Virus record (IMG/VR): IMGVR_UViG_3300010401_000001
Span: 1-64,000 of that record
Origin: a virus
Reading direction: 5' to 3' (one strand)
DNA: 64,000 bases
Shown here: positions 52,640 through 62,119 of the stretch, piece after piece
Numbering within the stretch: the first letter of the stretch is position 1
How the letters are laid out: each line of letters opens with the position of its first letter
Position numbers and translations under genes: made by a program
Notes under the pieces: model-generated
What the model saw: only the letters and a program-made list of their open reading frames with translations
Told to the model about the DNA's origin: nothing
The model's database searches: none

Positions 52640-53101
52640 TCAAGGATCGCCTCGCCCGGCTCTCAGCATCGATAACGGCACAGCATCGAGCCTCAGGCGC
52701 GGGCGATCGTCCTGGATCGGCAGGCCGGTCCCGTCGCTGAATAGCGCGCTCTGAAACTGGAAGTCGATCCGCCGCGCTACCTTCGCGCCGCGCCGCCAGC
52801 GCCGGGTCATGCGTCTGCTCTGCTTGAGCTCCTCGCGGCACTTCGCGAACGCGGCCGGCGACCAGTCCGAGCCGATACCGTCCCAGTCCGGACCGAACCA
52901 GAGATCGAGATCCTCGCGCTCAACCAGCACACGGATGTCGAGGTCGCCGGGCTCATCGGCAGTCAGGTACGAGCCGACCAGGTAGACCGGGCCGCCGTAC
53001 GCGAAGGCGATGTGGTTGGCCTGGCCACGAAACGCGGCCGCGAACGACTCGGCGCGCTCACGCGGCGTCGGAGCTGCCGGCGAAGCGTCGGTACCGATCA
53101 T
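52640..53101 (-). CDS. Pol-beta-superfamily minimal nucleotidyltransferase-like protein
   Basis: VYLVGS......DLDIRV...IDFQFQ. Confidence 0.65.
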   Translation of the reverse strand: MIGTDASPAAPTPRERAESFAAAFRGQANHIAFAYGGPVYLVGSYLTADEPGDLDIRVLVEREDLDLWFGPDWDGIGSDWSPAAFAKCREELKQSRRMTRRWRRGAKVARRIDFQFQSALFSDGTGLPIQDDRPRLRLDAVPLSMLRAGRGDP

Positions 53102-53508
53102 GTTCCGGGCACGATCTGCACCTGGCCGTCGCCGAACCTGGTGATGATCGTCGCGCTCACGGTCAGGTTGCGTGTCGTGCCGTCAAAGCTTGACTTGAAC
53201 TCCGCGACGTCGAGCACGCCGGGCACCGCGAGCGCCTCGCCGCGCAGGACCCGGGCGATCTTCGCGGCGTCGTAGGGCTGCCCGAGGATGGCGTCCTGCT
53301 CGGTAACCACGCCGTCCTCGGTCTCGAGCCACGGCGTGCCCAGGTCGCGATTGAGGAACCACTCGTCGCGCCACAGGAGCCACGCCGTGCGCACCAAGAT
53401 GAGCACGGCCTCGAGGCCGCTGGCCTTGCGCAGCGGCACGATGAGGTCGTTGTTCTGGTCGCGCGCGAACACGACCGGATCGGTTGATAGCGCGGTGGTC
53501 GCGGGCAT
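53098..53508 (-). CDS. gp25-like baseplate wedge / sheath initiator
   Basis: EWFL....G.PW...ILG...VPGV..V. Confidence 0.8.
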   Translation of the reverse strand: MPATTALSTDPVVFARDQNNDLIVPLRKASGLEAVLILVRTAWLLWRDEWFLNRDLGTPWLETEDGVVTEQDAILGQPYDAAKIARVLRGEALAVPGVLDVAEFKSSFDGTTRNLTVSATIITRFGDGQVQIVPGT

Positions 53509-54164
53509 CAGAGAACCTTGACCTTCTGCGAGGTGTAGCTGGCGACCGCGGCGTTGAAGCTGTTGAGCGCCGCGGTGATCGCGCTGCCCGCCGCCGTCCC
53601 TCCGGTCGGGATGCCGCTGACCGCTGACGCGATGGCGGTTACAAGTGTGGTCAGCTGCGATAGGAAAGCGTTGCCGAGCAACACGGGTTCCGTGGCCGGC
53701 GAGCCGCCTAGGTTGAGCACGTCTTGGTCGTCGACCTCGGCGAACGTGCCAGCGGGGTCGTCGCCATCGAAGAACAGCCCGGTGATCGCGATCCCGTCAG
53801 CCTCGTGGTGGTGCCGGTCATCGTCCGGGTCAACCACGTCGTCAACCGACTTCAGCTTCGCGATGCTCGACGACGAGAACACGACGAGGCAGCGGTCGCC
53901 GACGCGCACCGGGTACTTGAACCGCTCGATGCCGCTGCCGATCCGCATTACCGGGACGTCGGTCAGCGGCGCGATCACCGTGGTCTGGCGCTCGCCGTCG
54001 CCGTCGACGTGCGCATCCATGACCAGGAGCTACACCGTAGCGCGCCGGGTCGCCTTGTCGTAGGACTCGATCCGGCCGGGCAGAGCGGCGCGGAGCCCAT
54101 CGAGCCGGTCATCGAGCGCGGCGTCGATTACCTCGTTGAGTAGCGGCGTCAGCGAGTCGCTCAT
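53508..54164 (-). CDS. Gp138-family baseplate spike with in-frame TAG at codon 45 (54030-54032)
   Basis: ATG 54164 overlaps the upstream stop; ALPGRIESYD...ATV*LL...DVPV...PV..GD.CLVVF...RHHH..DG. Confidence 0.85.
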
Positions 54165-55087
54165 ACCGATCTTCCTTCGATGTGAGTGGTCCACTCCGCT
54201 CCCCAGAAGTCTCCCTCGTGGGTCACGGCATCAATACGAAACGTGCCGTTGATGGATTGGGTCCGCACTTCGATGCGCTCGCCTGGCGTGAGCTCGGGGA
54301 ATAATGTGTGCTTGATCTTGAGCTTCGGGACCTTGAGCTCACGGCCCTTGCCAGTTCGGCGGCCTCGCTTGCGCGGCGCGCGGATCTTCGGCGGGTCAAT
54401 CGTCGGAGCGCCGATGATGCCGCCATCGGGCGGCGACGACAGCACGCGCCGCACGCCCGGAACGACGTCGTCGTAGCGCATGATCTGCATGCGGCCGTCC
54501 TGAAACGACCAGTCCATGCCGAACTGCGCCAAGATGCGCGTCAGCTCGTCGGCGACCCAGCCCGTGACGACCTCGCCCGTGGAGAGGCGCGTCTGCAGCT
54601 CGGACAGCCCGCTGAGGTCAGGAAGCGCTGTGCCGAACTTTTTGCACAGGTCGCTGACGATCGTCGTGACCGGGATGCCCTTGGCGTAGCTGCGGTTATG
54701 CCGGGCCTCGGCATAGGCCCGCGCCCCATCGCCGAGCTGGAGCTTGGTCTCCCATTCGGTGCCGGTGTGCTCGTTACTGGCGAAGCGGCAATCGCCGATG
54801 AACAGCAGCCGAGGCGTGTTGTCGTATCCGGCCTCGATCCGCACCTTCGACGGCCCCCCCACGATGTTCTCGCGTGATACCTGGTTCAGGTTGATGAGCG
54901 TGAGCTCGGCCTGGTTCGGGGTCTTCTGCAGGTGCTTCTCGATCTTGAACTTGATGCCCTGCGGCTGCGTGATCTCGTCGATGGTCTCGAGCTCCTCGAA
55001 AAACGACCGGTTGAGGCCTTCGATGTCGATGAGCTCGGGCGCGCGGATCACGGTGAGCTTGTAGACCCGGTCGAGCTCGACGCTCAT
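54161..55087 (-). CDS. Baseplate hub protein
   Basis: IKFKIEK...PN.A...NL...IEAGY...LF.GD...WSFQDG. Confidence 0.85.
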   Translation of the reverse strand: MSVELDRVYKLTVIRAPELIDIEGLNRSFFEELETIDEITQPQGIKFKIEKHLQKTPNQAELTLINLNQVSRENIVGGPSKVRIEAGYDNTPRLLFIGDCRFASNEHTGTEWETKLQLGDGARAYAEARHNRSYAKGIPVTTIVSDLCKKFGTALPDLSGLSELQTRLSTGEVVTGWVADELTRILAQFGMDWSFQDGRMQIMRYDDVVPGVRRVLSSPPDGGIIGAPTIDPPKIRAPRKRGRRTGKGRELKVPKLKIKHTLFPELTPGERIEVRTQSINGTFRIDAVTHEGDFWGAEWTTHIEGRSV

Positions 55088-55425
55088 GGTTGCTCCATGA
55101 TGATCGCGTCGGCCGCTGTGAGGTGCACCATGACGACCCGGCCCCCCAGGTCGTTGAGGCCGGCCTCGACGCCGCTGCTGTCGTTGTCGATCAGGAACAG
55201 CCCAGCGGTGAACAGCGGGTTCAGGTACGTCGAGCCGAGCCGCACGCCCAACACGAGCTTGATTCCGAAGGCGATCGGTGTCGTCCCGTCCCGCTCCCAC
55301 ACGTCGAGGTACCACGCCAGGTCGTCGCTGTTCCAGCGCGCGCGCATCACATACGGCTCGGTGTCGAGCGTGATCGCGATCAGCTGCAGCGGGTCGCCGG
55401 GGACGAATGGGACGATGGTCGGCAT
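55084..55425 (-). CDS. Baseplate plug-like protein
   Basis: RWNS...WYLD...GIKLV.G. Confidence 0.8.
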   Translation of the reverse strand: MPTIVPFVPGDPLQLIAITLDTEPYVMRARWNSDDLAWYLDVWERDGTTPIAFGIKLVLGVRLGSTYLNPLFTAGLFLIDNDSSGVEAGLNDLGGRVVMVHLTAADAIIMEQP

Positions 55426-55428
55426 CGT

Positions 55429-56409
55429 TTATTGCCCTGGAAACGTCGGCGGGAAGTTGCGCTGGAAGCGCTGTAGGTCCTCGTTGCTGATCGAGTTGTC
55501 GATTGTGTCAGGTAGCGACTGCTGGAAGCGTTTTAGGTTGAGCCCGGCCGGCAAGTTGTTCACCTCCGACGTCGGGATCGGCGCGCCGACTCGTGCCTGG
55601 CGCGCCTGCTCGCGCAGGTCGTCGGTCATCTCTGTGCGGCGTTGTCCGGTAAACTTTTCGCCGGTTGTCAGGTCGGTGTACTCTGTCCATGGCATGGCCG
55701 GGTCCTTCTTGCCAAGAACGATGGCCTCGTCCTTGGACAACCCTGGTGGCCGGTTGTATCTGACCTCAACCTGAGTAACTACTCCAACAAATCTCCCCTT
55801 GGCGATGTCGTGTTTCCATTCGACGACGGCATCGGCGACGGCGGCCTTACCGATCGCCGCCTTCGCCTTCGCTTGTCCGCCGGCTCCGGCCATCGAGGTC
55901 CGGACGCGGACCTTGGTGCGCGTGTTCGTGATGACCACGACCTTGCGGAACTTCGCGGTAAAAAACAGCGCGCCTGGTCGCTGCTTCTTGGGATCTGGGT
56001 CGCTGCGGCCGGGGGACTTGTCCTTGTTCACCGGTACGGTCAGGTCGATGAAGGCCATCGAAGTGAACGTCCCCAGGGTCGTCTCGATGCGCACGGGCCG
56101 CCGGGCCGCCTTGAGCTCGCGGAGCCGCTGTAGAGCTTCGGCGGAGGGAAGCGCCGTGCTGGTCGTGCCGTCCGGTCCCGTCTCGGGCTGCCGCGTCGGA
56201 TCGGTGGCAACGTCGCCGATCGGCGTGTCCGAGACGATGCACTCGAGCGTGACCTCGTCGGGAAGCTCGCGGATGTGGTCGGTGAAGTCGACGCCTTTCT
56301 CGACGGGGAACTTCGTGGCTTCTCCGGGAAAGCTGAACTCCTCGGACAAGGCGAGGTCCATCAGGTAGCTCGGCAGTGGCGGAGGCCCGCCGATGCGTAC
56401 GAGGCTCAT
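55429..56409 (-). CDS. Dit-like tail/baseplate protein
   Basis: T.FPVE.G....DH....P. Confidence 0.8.
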   Translation of the reverse strand: MSLVRIGGPPPLPSYLMDLALSEEFSFPGEATKFPVEKGVDFTDHIRELPDEVTLECIVSDTPIGDVATDPTRQPETGPDGTTSTALPSAEALQRLRELKAARRPVRIETTLGTFTSMAFIDLTVPVNKDKSPGRSDPDPKKQRPGALFFTAKFRKVVVITNTRTKVRVRTSMAGAGGQAKAKAAIGKAAVADAVVEWKHDIAKGRFVGVVTQVEVRYNRPPGLSKDEAIVLGKKDPAMPWTEYTDLTTGEKFTGQRRTEMTDDLREQARQARVGAPIPTSEVNNLPAGLNLKRFQQSLPDTIDNSISNEDLQRFQRNFPPTFPGQ

Positions 56410-58094
56410 CCGTACACGTCCATGGTCTGGCGCAACACGCCGCCGAGCTCCTCGTGGAAGACCTTGCGTACCTGGTCGCCGACCGCCACCGGGTCGGCGT
56501 TCGGGCTGTGCACGTTGATGTCGCCGACGTTGATGTTCATGGCGGTCGGTCCGCGTTGTCCGCCGCCGATGCTGCCTTGCGGAAGCCGCGGAGCATCGAG
56601 GTCGTCGGGCAGGTTGTACTTCTTGTTGAACTCCTCGGGAGGTAGCTCAGTCGAGTCCTGGAGCATCTCGGCGTGCTCGCCGGATGGCAGCACGGCGGCG
56701 CCGGTTATTACCTTGCCCGCCACACCAGGTAGGTCGGCGACTGCCTTCACCAGAGCGATCAGGCCATGAATCACTGGCAGGTTGGCTACGAAATCAAACG
56801 CCGCCGAGAACCCGCTTTTGATCGCCTCCCATGCCGTTCGCGCAGCTCCGGCGATCGCATCGAAGGCATCGTGAAACGCCTTCTTCACCTTCTCGGGGTG
56901 CTGCATCACCCAGCGAATGGCATAGACGAGCGCGGTCAGCGCCAGCACGATGAGCGTGATCGGATTTGTCGCGAAGGCGATCGCCGACTGGATCGCGAAC
57001 ACGCCGAGCACGATGCCGAGCGCGATGAGCAGCGACTTCACGAGCTCGCCGCCGTCCACGAACTGGCTCATCCAGTCGAGTAGCTCGCCGCCTTGCTCGA
57101 CGACGAAGTCGATCGCTATGGCAAGGCCATCGAACGCATCGCCAAGCCATTCACCGATGGCCTTGCCGACACGCTCGATCGTCTCCTGGTTTTTGTCGAG
57201 CCACTCGTTGAAGCGCCCGACGGCCTCGGTGATGCGCTCGAACAGCGGCACGCCGACCTTGCCGAGCGCGATCTGCAGCTTGTCCTTGAGCGTCGAGGTG
57301 ACTCCCGAGAAGCTCTGCCCGAACGCCTGGGCGGCGTCCTTGAACGCCTCGCTGCCGAGGGCTTTCTTCACGACGGCCAGGCGCCCCTTGGCGTCGAGTT
57401 CGCGGAACTGATCCTCGGTCATGTGCACCATGCCGAGGAGCTGCTTCACGAACATCATCCGGTTCGAGACGTTGCCCTGCAGCATCTCGGAGATCTCGAG
57501 GGCTGCGTAGCCGGCGCCGCGACCGCCCGCGAGCACCTTGGCGGCGATCACGCCTTGCTCGGTGATCTGCTTCAGGTCCTCGAGCTTGCCGCCGGTGTTG
57601 AACGTGGCCGCCGCGAGGCCCTTGCCGAACTCGAGGATCTCCGCGGTAGTGACCGGCGTCTGCGTCGAGAACTTCTGCCACTCAGCGTAGAGCTCCTTGG
57701 CCTGACCTGTCGCATGTTCGAAGCTTCCGCCGAGCTGGCCCTCGATCATCGCCGCAAGCGAGATCGTCGAGTCTTGGACCTCCTGGTTGAACTTGACGAG
57801 GTGCTCGTAGCCGAAGTCGGCAGCGAGGTAGGTCAGGTACCCCTTGATGGCGGCGCCTGCGGCGTCGAAGGAATGCGCGGCCTGGTCGCCGGCGCGCGCC
57901 GCGGCGTTGCCAGCTCCCGCCGCGGCTGGTGCGACCCCGCCGAGCAGCTTGCTCAGGGTCCCGGCCCCCGCGCTGAGCTGGCCGAGCGCGGCCTGCGCCT
58001 GGCCCATCTGTCCCGTGCCCTGCGCCCACTGCGCCGTGTTGACCCGGAGCCCAAGCGTCGCGAACAGCGCTGCGATTTCTCCGCCGTCAGCCAC
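56406..58094 (-). CDS. Tape measure protein (about 560 aa)
   Basis: Position after the chaperones; Ala/Gly-rich helical with TM segments. Confidence 0.85.
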   Translation of the reverse strand: MADGGEIAALFATLGLRVNTAQWAQGTGQMGQAQAALGQLSAGAGTLSKLLGGVAPAAAGAGNAAARAGDQAAHSFDAAGAAIKGYLTYLAADFGYEHLVKFNQEVQDSTISLAAMIEGQLGGSFEHATGQAKELYAEWQKFSTQTPVTTAEILEFGKGLAAATFNTGGKLEDLKQITEQGVIAAKVLAGGRGAGYAALEISEMLQGNVSNRMMFVKQLLGMVHMTEDQFRELDAKGRLAVVKKALGSEAFKDAAQAFGQSFSGVTSTLKDKLQIALGKVGVPLFERITEAVGRFNEWLDKNQETIERVGKAIGEWLGDAFDGLAIAIDFVVEQGGELLDWMSQFVDGGELVKSLLIALGIVLGVFAIQSAIAFATNPITLIVLALTALVYAIRWVMQHPEKVKKAFHDAFDAIAGAARTAWEAIKSGFSAAFDFVANLPVIHGLIALVKAVADLPGVAGKVITGAAVLPSGEHAEMLQDSTELPPEEFNKKYNLPDDLDAPRLPQGSIGGGQRGPTAMNINVGDINVHSPNADPVAVGDQVRKVFHEELGGVLRQTMDVYG

Positions 58095-58745
58095 CGCTGC
58101 GCTCCTTGCGCCGCTTCTCGGCGCGCTCACGGGTCTCGTCGCGCGCGTCGAGCAGGAGGTTCAAGAGGTCGACCTCGTTGAGCGACATGGCCTTGACGTT
58201 GGTCCATGCCTGCGCCGGGTCATCCGACTCCAGCACGAGGCGGTACCCTAGCCAGTAGCGCTCGTGCTCTGGCTGGAGTCCTCGGAGGGCGAGATCTTCG
58301 CCATCAGCGCCTTGGGGTCGAACCCGATCAGGCCGAGTCCGTCCAAAAAACCCGAGAACGACACCTCCAGCGCGAGCGTGACGGCGGGGAAGATGTACTT
58401 CTGCCGACCCGTGAACGCGTTGTTCAGCGCGTCCTTGCCCTTCAGGTCGTACGTCCCGGCGCCATCGCCACGCGCGATGAGCGTCGTCCTCTTGAGGAGC
58501 CGCTCGAGGTACGACGTGAGCTTGCCGCTCATCAGCTCGCGCGCGAACATCGCCAGCGCGTCGCCGACCATGACGCGGCCGCGCTGAGCCGCCCCGCCCG
58601 CCGGTGCGACGATTGCCGTCATGTCGGCGAGCAGGTCGGTTGCGTCGCAGAACAGCAGCTCGGTGGAGATGATTTCCACGGAGCCGTCGTCGGAGCGCCA
58701 GGTTTTCTGGCCGGCGGTCGTTCCCATGTTCTTCGCCGCGCTCAC
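58087..58745 (-). CDS. Tail assembly chaperones: G (58248-58745) and -1 frameshift product GT (to 58087)
   Basis: Slippery G GGT TTT TTG at 58345-58353; the -1 frame is open to 58087. Confidence 0.85.
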
Positions 58746-59146
58746 TGGTCACCTCCGGCCTGCATCACCATCTGGTCGGTGATGAAGGTCCATTCCATAC
58801 CGATGATCTTGTTGCCGCGCTTGACGGGCGCGTGCTTCTGGATCGCCGTGTTCACGCCAATGACGAGCGTGCCGTCGTTGAGATCCTCGAGCTGAAACGG
58901 CGCGATGACGCGTGCGTTGTGCGCGATGGATAGCTCGCGGTTTGTCGGCGACTCCTGCGATAGCGTGATCTTGAACGTCCCGCTCTCGTTGGCGTTGAAC
59001 ACGAACGTCGCGAAGCCCTGACTTCCGACGTGCAGATCCACTGCGTTCTCTTGGCGCTCGGCGCCCGCGAACTCGCCATCCATCACGCCCTGCATGCGGA
59101 TCGGCCCCCAGCTCGAGGCCGTCTGCTTTGGATCGAAGGTTGGCAT
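58742..59146 (-). CDS. Tail tube protein (DUF3277-like)
   Basis: TFDPK...SGT..ITL.Q.SP.N..L...EW.F. Confidence 0.85.
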   Translation of the reverse strand: MPTFDPKQTASSWGPIRMQGVMDGEFAGAERQENAVDLHVGSQGFATFVFNANESGTFKITLSQESPTNRELSIAHNARVIAPFQLEDLNDGTLVIGVNTAIQKHAPVKRGNKIIGMEWTFITDQMVMQAGGDQ

Positions 59147-59158
59147 CTGCGGGCGCTC

Positions 59159-60802
59159 CTAGAAGGTGAGGTTGACGTCGACGGGAATGACTGTGTGGAT
59201 CGCACCCGCAAAGGACCCGCTCACCACGAGGCCGGGCAGGTTTCGGTTGTCGAGGTCGGCCTGCGGAATGTCGTCGAAGGCCGGCACTGTCACCGTTGCC
59301 CCGGCGCGCAGCACGCCCTGCGTGATGGACTGCGCCACGAATCCGCGCGCGGCCTGCGCTAGCTGCGAGGCCCCCTCCGGCGTCTGGGGCACGATGTCAT
59401 TGCCGACCAGCACGCCGAGGAGTGCCTTCTGCAGCCCGTCCGACAGGAAGTCGGCGTTGCGGCGGATGTCGATGAACTTGTAGACCGCCGAGAAGACGAA
59501 CGACTCCCAGAAGAACGGCCGGTCCGTCGCGACCTGCTCGTAGCTGTTCATGCGCCGGCCGCCGGGCGTACCAGGGATGCCGCGTAGCCTGACCTTATGC
59601 GAATCGGTCAGCGTGACGGGCGTGACGAGCTCGAGCGTCTTGAACTTCGCGGTCGCCTTGCCAGGGTCGGTCGGTAGCCAGCGCCCCATGATGCCGGCGG
59701 CTAGGAAGTTCGCCGGCGATGGGTGGTAGCATCCCATGCTCGCCGCGTACCCGGCCGACAGGCTCTGCGCGCCGACATCGGTGCCGCCGCTCACATCGGT
59801 CGTTACGCATGCCGAATCGCACGTGTCCCACGCGTAGGTGCGCCCGTTCACCTCCACCCACGCCTCAGCATCCTGAACATACGCCGAGCTATTGTAGTTC
59901 GTGAGCAGCGTGTACCAGCCCTGGTCGGCCTTGAGGATCGCGTCGAGGTCGGCGGTTAGCAGCACGTTGCTCGGCGATGCGTGGGTCTGCGCGATGCTCA
60001 TGACGTCTGGGTCGTCGATGGAGAGCGATGCCCACGACGTTCCGGCCGTCGCCACCGCGCGGAGCTTGTCGGTCTGCCCGGCCCCAGCGATCTGCGACAC
60101 CGTGAAGTTCGAGCCCAGCACCGTGGCGAGTCCGGCCACGAGCTGCGCGATGATGACGTCGTTGACGCCGCGCTGGAGCGTGTGGGTTCCCGAGCCGGCC
60201 GCGGTGATGTCGATCGCGGTGTTCGCGAGCGCGTTGGCCTTCGAGGTCGCTAGCTTATAGCTGTTGACGTCGACGGCGATGATGAAGACGTTGGTGTCGA
60301 CGGCGATCCCGGTGCCGGTCGGCAACGTGCCAGTGGTTGACAGCCTGAACGGCCCATCCCCCGTGGCCATGCCGTGGCCGGGCTCGGAGATGGTATCGGT
60401 CGCCGTGTTGACGTCGCCCACCGCGAACGGCAGATCGGCAAGCGCGAGGTAGCTCGCAACGCCATCGGCGAAGCCGCGGCCCTTGGCCGTGATCTCGTAG
60501 AGCTGACCGACCTGTACGGCCGAGATCCCGATGTCGTACTGCTGCAGCACCGTGCCCGCGGCGCGCCCAATCGCGATCAGTCGCGGGTGCGGCTGTTGCG
60601 CGAAGATCACCGCCGCGGCGCGCGCCTCCGGGCCATCGACCGGGAAGTCGGCGATGACCGCGGCGAGGGAGCTGTAGTAGCGGATCCGCTGCACGAACGA
60701 CGCGGTGTGGCTCAGGATGAGCGGGATGCCGAAGCCCTGCCGCGCGAGCCCGGAGCTCTGGATCGTCAGGTTGATGACTACGTGGTCGGTCGCGGCGCCC
60801 AT
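59159..60802 (-). CDS. Tail sheath protein (DUF3383-like) with inserted domain
   Basis: GFG.PLIL, IFAQ.P.P....IGR, KFKTL, FIDIRR.AD, AGAIH. Confidence 0.9.
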   Translation of the reverse strand: MGAATDHVVINLTIQSSGLARQGFGIPLILSHTASFVQRIRYYSSLAAVIADFPVDGPEARAAAVIFAQQPHPRLIAIGRAAGTVLQQYDIGISAVQVGQLYEITAKGRGFADGVASYLALADLPFAVGDVNTATDTISEPGHGMATGDGPFRLSTTGTLPTGTGIAVDTNVFIIAVDVNSYKLATSKANALANTAIDITAAGSGTHTLQRGVNDVIIAQLVAGLATVLGSNFTVSQIAGAGQTDKLRAVATAGTSWASLSIDDPDVMSIAQTHASPSNVLLTADLDAILKADQGWYTLLTNYNSSAYVQDAEAWVEVNGRTYAWDTCDSACVTTDVSGGTDVGAQSLSAGYAASMGCYHPSPANFLAAGIMGRWLPTDPGKATAKFKTLELVTPVTLTDSHKVRLRGIPGTPGGRRMNSYEQVATDRPFFWESFVFSAVYKFIDIRRNADFLSDGLQKALLGVLVGNDIVPQTPEGASQLAQAARGFVAQSITQGVLRAGATVTVPAFDDIPQADLDNRNLPGLVVSGSFAGAIHTVIPVDVNLTF

Positions 60803-60879
60803 GAGGACAGGGTCGCCGTGGGGCGCGGGGCGGTCGAAAAGCGCTCATCGTGTCGAGGCGGTGCGGTATGGTGGAGCGA

Positions 60880-61104
60880 ATGGATCCCAAGCTCCGTGCA
60901 CTTCACTACCGAGCGCTCGCGATCGGCGAACGCGTCGACCACTTCGTCAAGATTCTGCTCGATGACCGAATGCCGAACCGCGTACCCGGCAAGCCGGTAC
61001 CACAAGAAATCGTGGTCGCCGTCACCGGCCAGGCGCTGCTCATGGCGCTACTAGAGCGAGAAGATGATCAGCTTAGGCTTGCCATGGAGGCGCATAACCG
61101 ATAA
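60880..61104 (+). CDS. Opposite-strand moron gene
   Basis: ORF with good codon bias. Confidence 0.6.
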   Translation: MDPKLRALHYRALAIGERVDHFVKILLDDRMPNRVPGKPVPQEIVVAVTGQALLMALLEREDDQLRLAMEAHNR

Positions 61105-61175
61105 AAGCCAGCCCGATAAAAAAGCCCGGCACGGCGTCAGCGGTCCGGGGTATCGTGGCTGGAATGCAACCACGT

Positions 61176-61463
61176 ATGCTCGCAAAGCTCCTGGTGACGT
61201 CCGGAAATCCTGCGCCGAAGCCCGGCGATCTCGTAGTAGTCGAAGTCCCGGCCAACTGCACTATTCACAGCACGGATGCCGCGCGGCTCACTCGCCTGCG
61301 TGTCATGGCTCGCGAGCTTCGCGACGCCATCAAGACCGGGCAGAGCGAGGCGGTCATCCTCCGTCTCGCCTATGGCGTGTCCGAGTTCGCCGACGTCACC
61401 GACGCCGATGCCGGCAGTATCGTCGACGTGCGCATCAGCTCGACTATGGAGGCGTCCCGATGA
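61176..61463 (+). CDS. Opposite-strand moron gene
   Basis: Coupled to the next gene; ends SIVDVRISSTMEASR. Confidence 0.6.
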   Translation: MLAKLLVTSGNPAPKPGDLVVVEVPANCTIHSTDAARLTRLRVMARELRDAIKTGQSEAVILRLAYGVSEFADVTDADAGSIVDVRISSTMEASR

Positions 61464-62065
61464 CGCGCTGCAACTACATCCCGCCCGATGGCCTGTCCGT
61501 CATCGCGATCGCCAAGGAGCGCGGCAGCACGACCGACGGAGACATCCAGGCGCTGGTCGACAGGTTCGGGTGCAAGGCGGAAGCGGCGTACCAGATGACC
61601 GCCGAGGAGGATTCCGACCGCGAGCAGTTCTCGTGCATCGACCACGTCGGTCATCTATGCGGCGACGAGTACTGGCTCGTGGAGCCGGTGTACAGGCCGC
61701 CCGGCGATGTTGCGATCTCGATCGTCAACACGCAGGGCATCGCGCGCGCGGGGTTCGGATCGCCGATGATCCTCGCGCCGGTCCCGACCACTACGCCCAT
61801 CGTTGATCTCGGCACCAACCCGACCCGCGAACAGATACACGCCGCCGGGTTCAACGACGACAGCGATGAGTACCGCAGGGCTCGCGCCGCGAACACGCAC
61901 CGGCCGCCAAACAGTACAGGATTCGATCCCAATCTCGTCGCCGACGCAACCTCCGCTGGTGGCTACATCGCGTCATGCCAGTTCTGCGGCAGCCGACAGG
62001 CCATCGACGCCCTGGACATCACCATGTGCTGCCCGAGCTGCCGGGCGAAGCATGGGTTACCGTAG
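61460..62065 (+). CDS. Chimeric protein containing a sheath N-terminus-like segment and Zn motifs
   Basis: VAISIVNTQGIARAGFGSPMILA vs sheath VINLTIQSSGLARQGFGIPLILS. Confidence 0.65.
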   Translation: MTRCNYIPPDGLSVIAIAKERGSTTDGDIQALVDRFGCKAEAAYQMTAEEDSDREQFSCIDHVGHLCGDEYWLVEPVYRPPGDVAISIVNTQGIARAGFGSPMILAPVPTTTPIVDLGTNPTREQIHAAGFNDDSDEYRRARAANTHRPPNSTGFDPNLVADATSAGGYIASCQFCGSRQAIDALDITMCCPSCRAKHGLP

Positions 62066-62119
62066 ATCGACGCTCTGCTCGATGCTGTCCGGTACGAGCG
62101 TCACCTCCTGGAAGCCATC

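Noticed and set aside
59147-59161. Sheath-tube read-through fusion (same frame across TAG)
   Set aside because: The TAG is part of the TAGGAG ribosome-binding site for the tube gene; the shared frame is probably chance.
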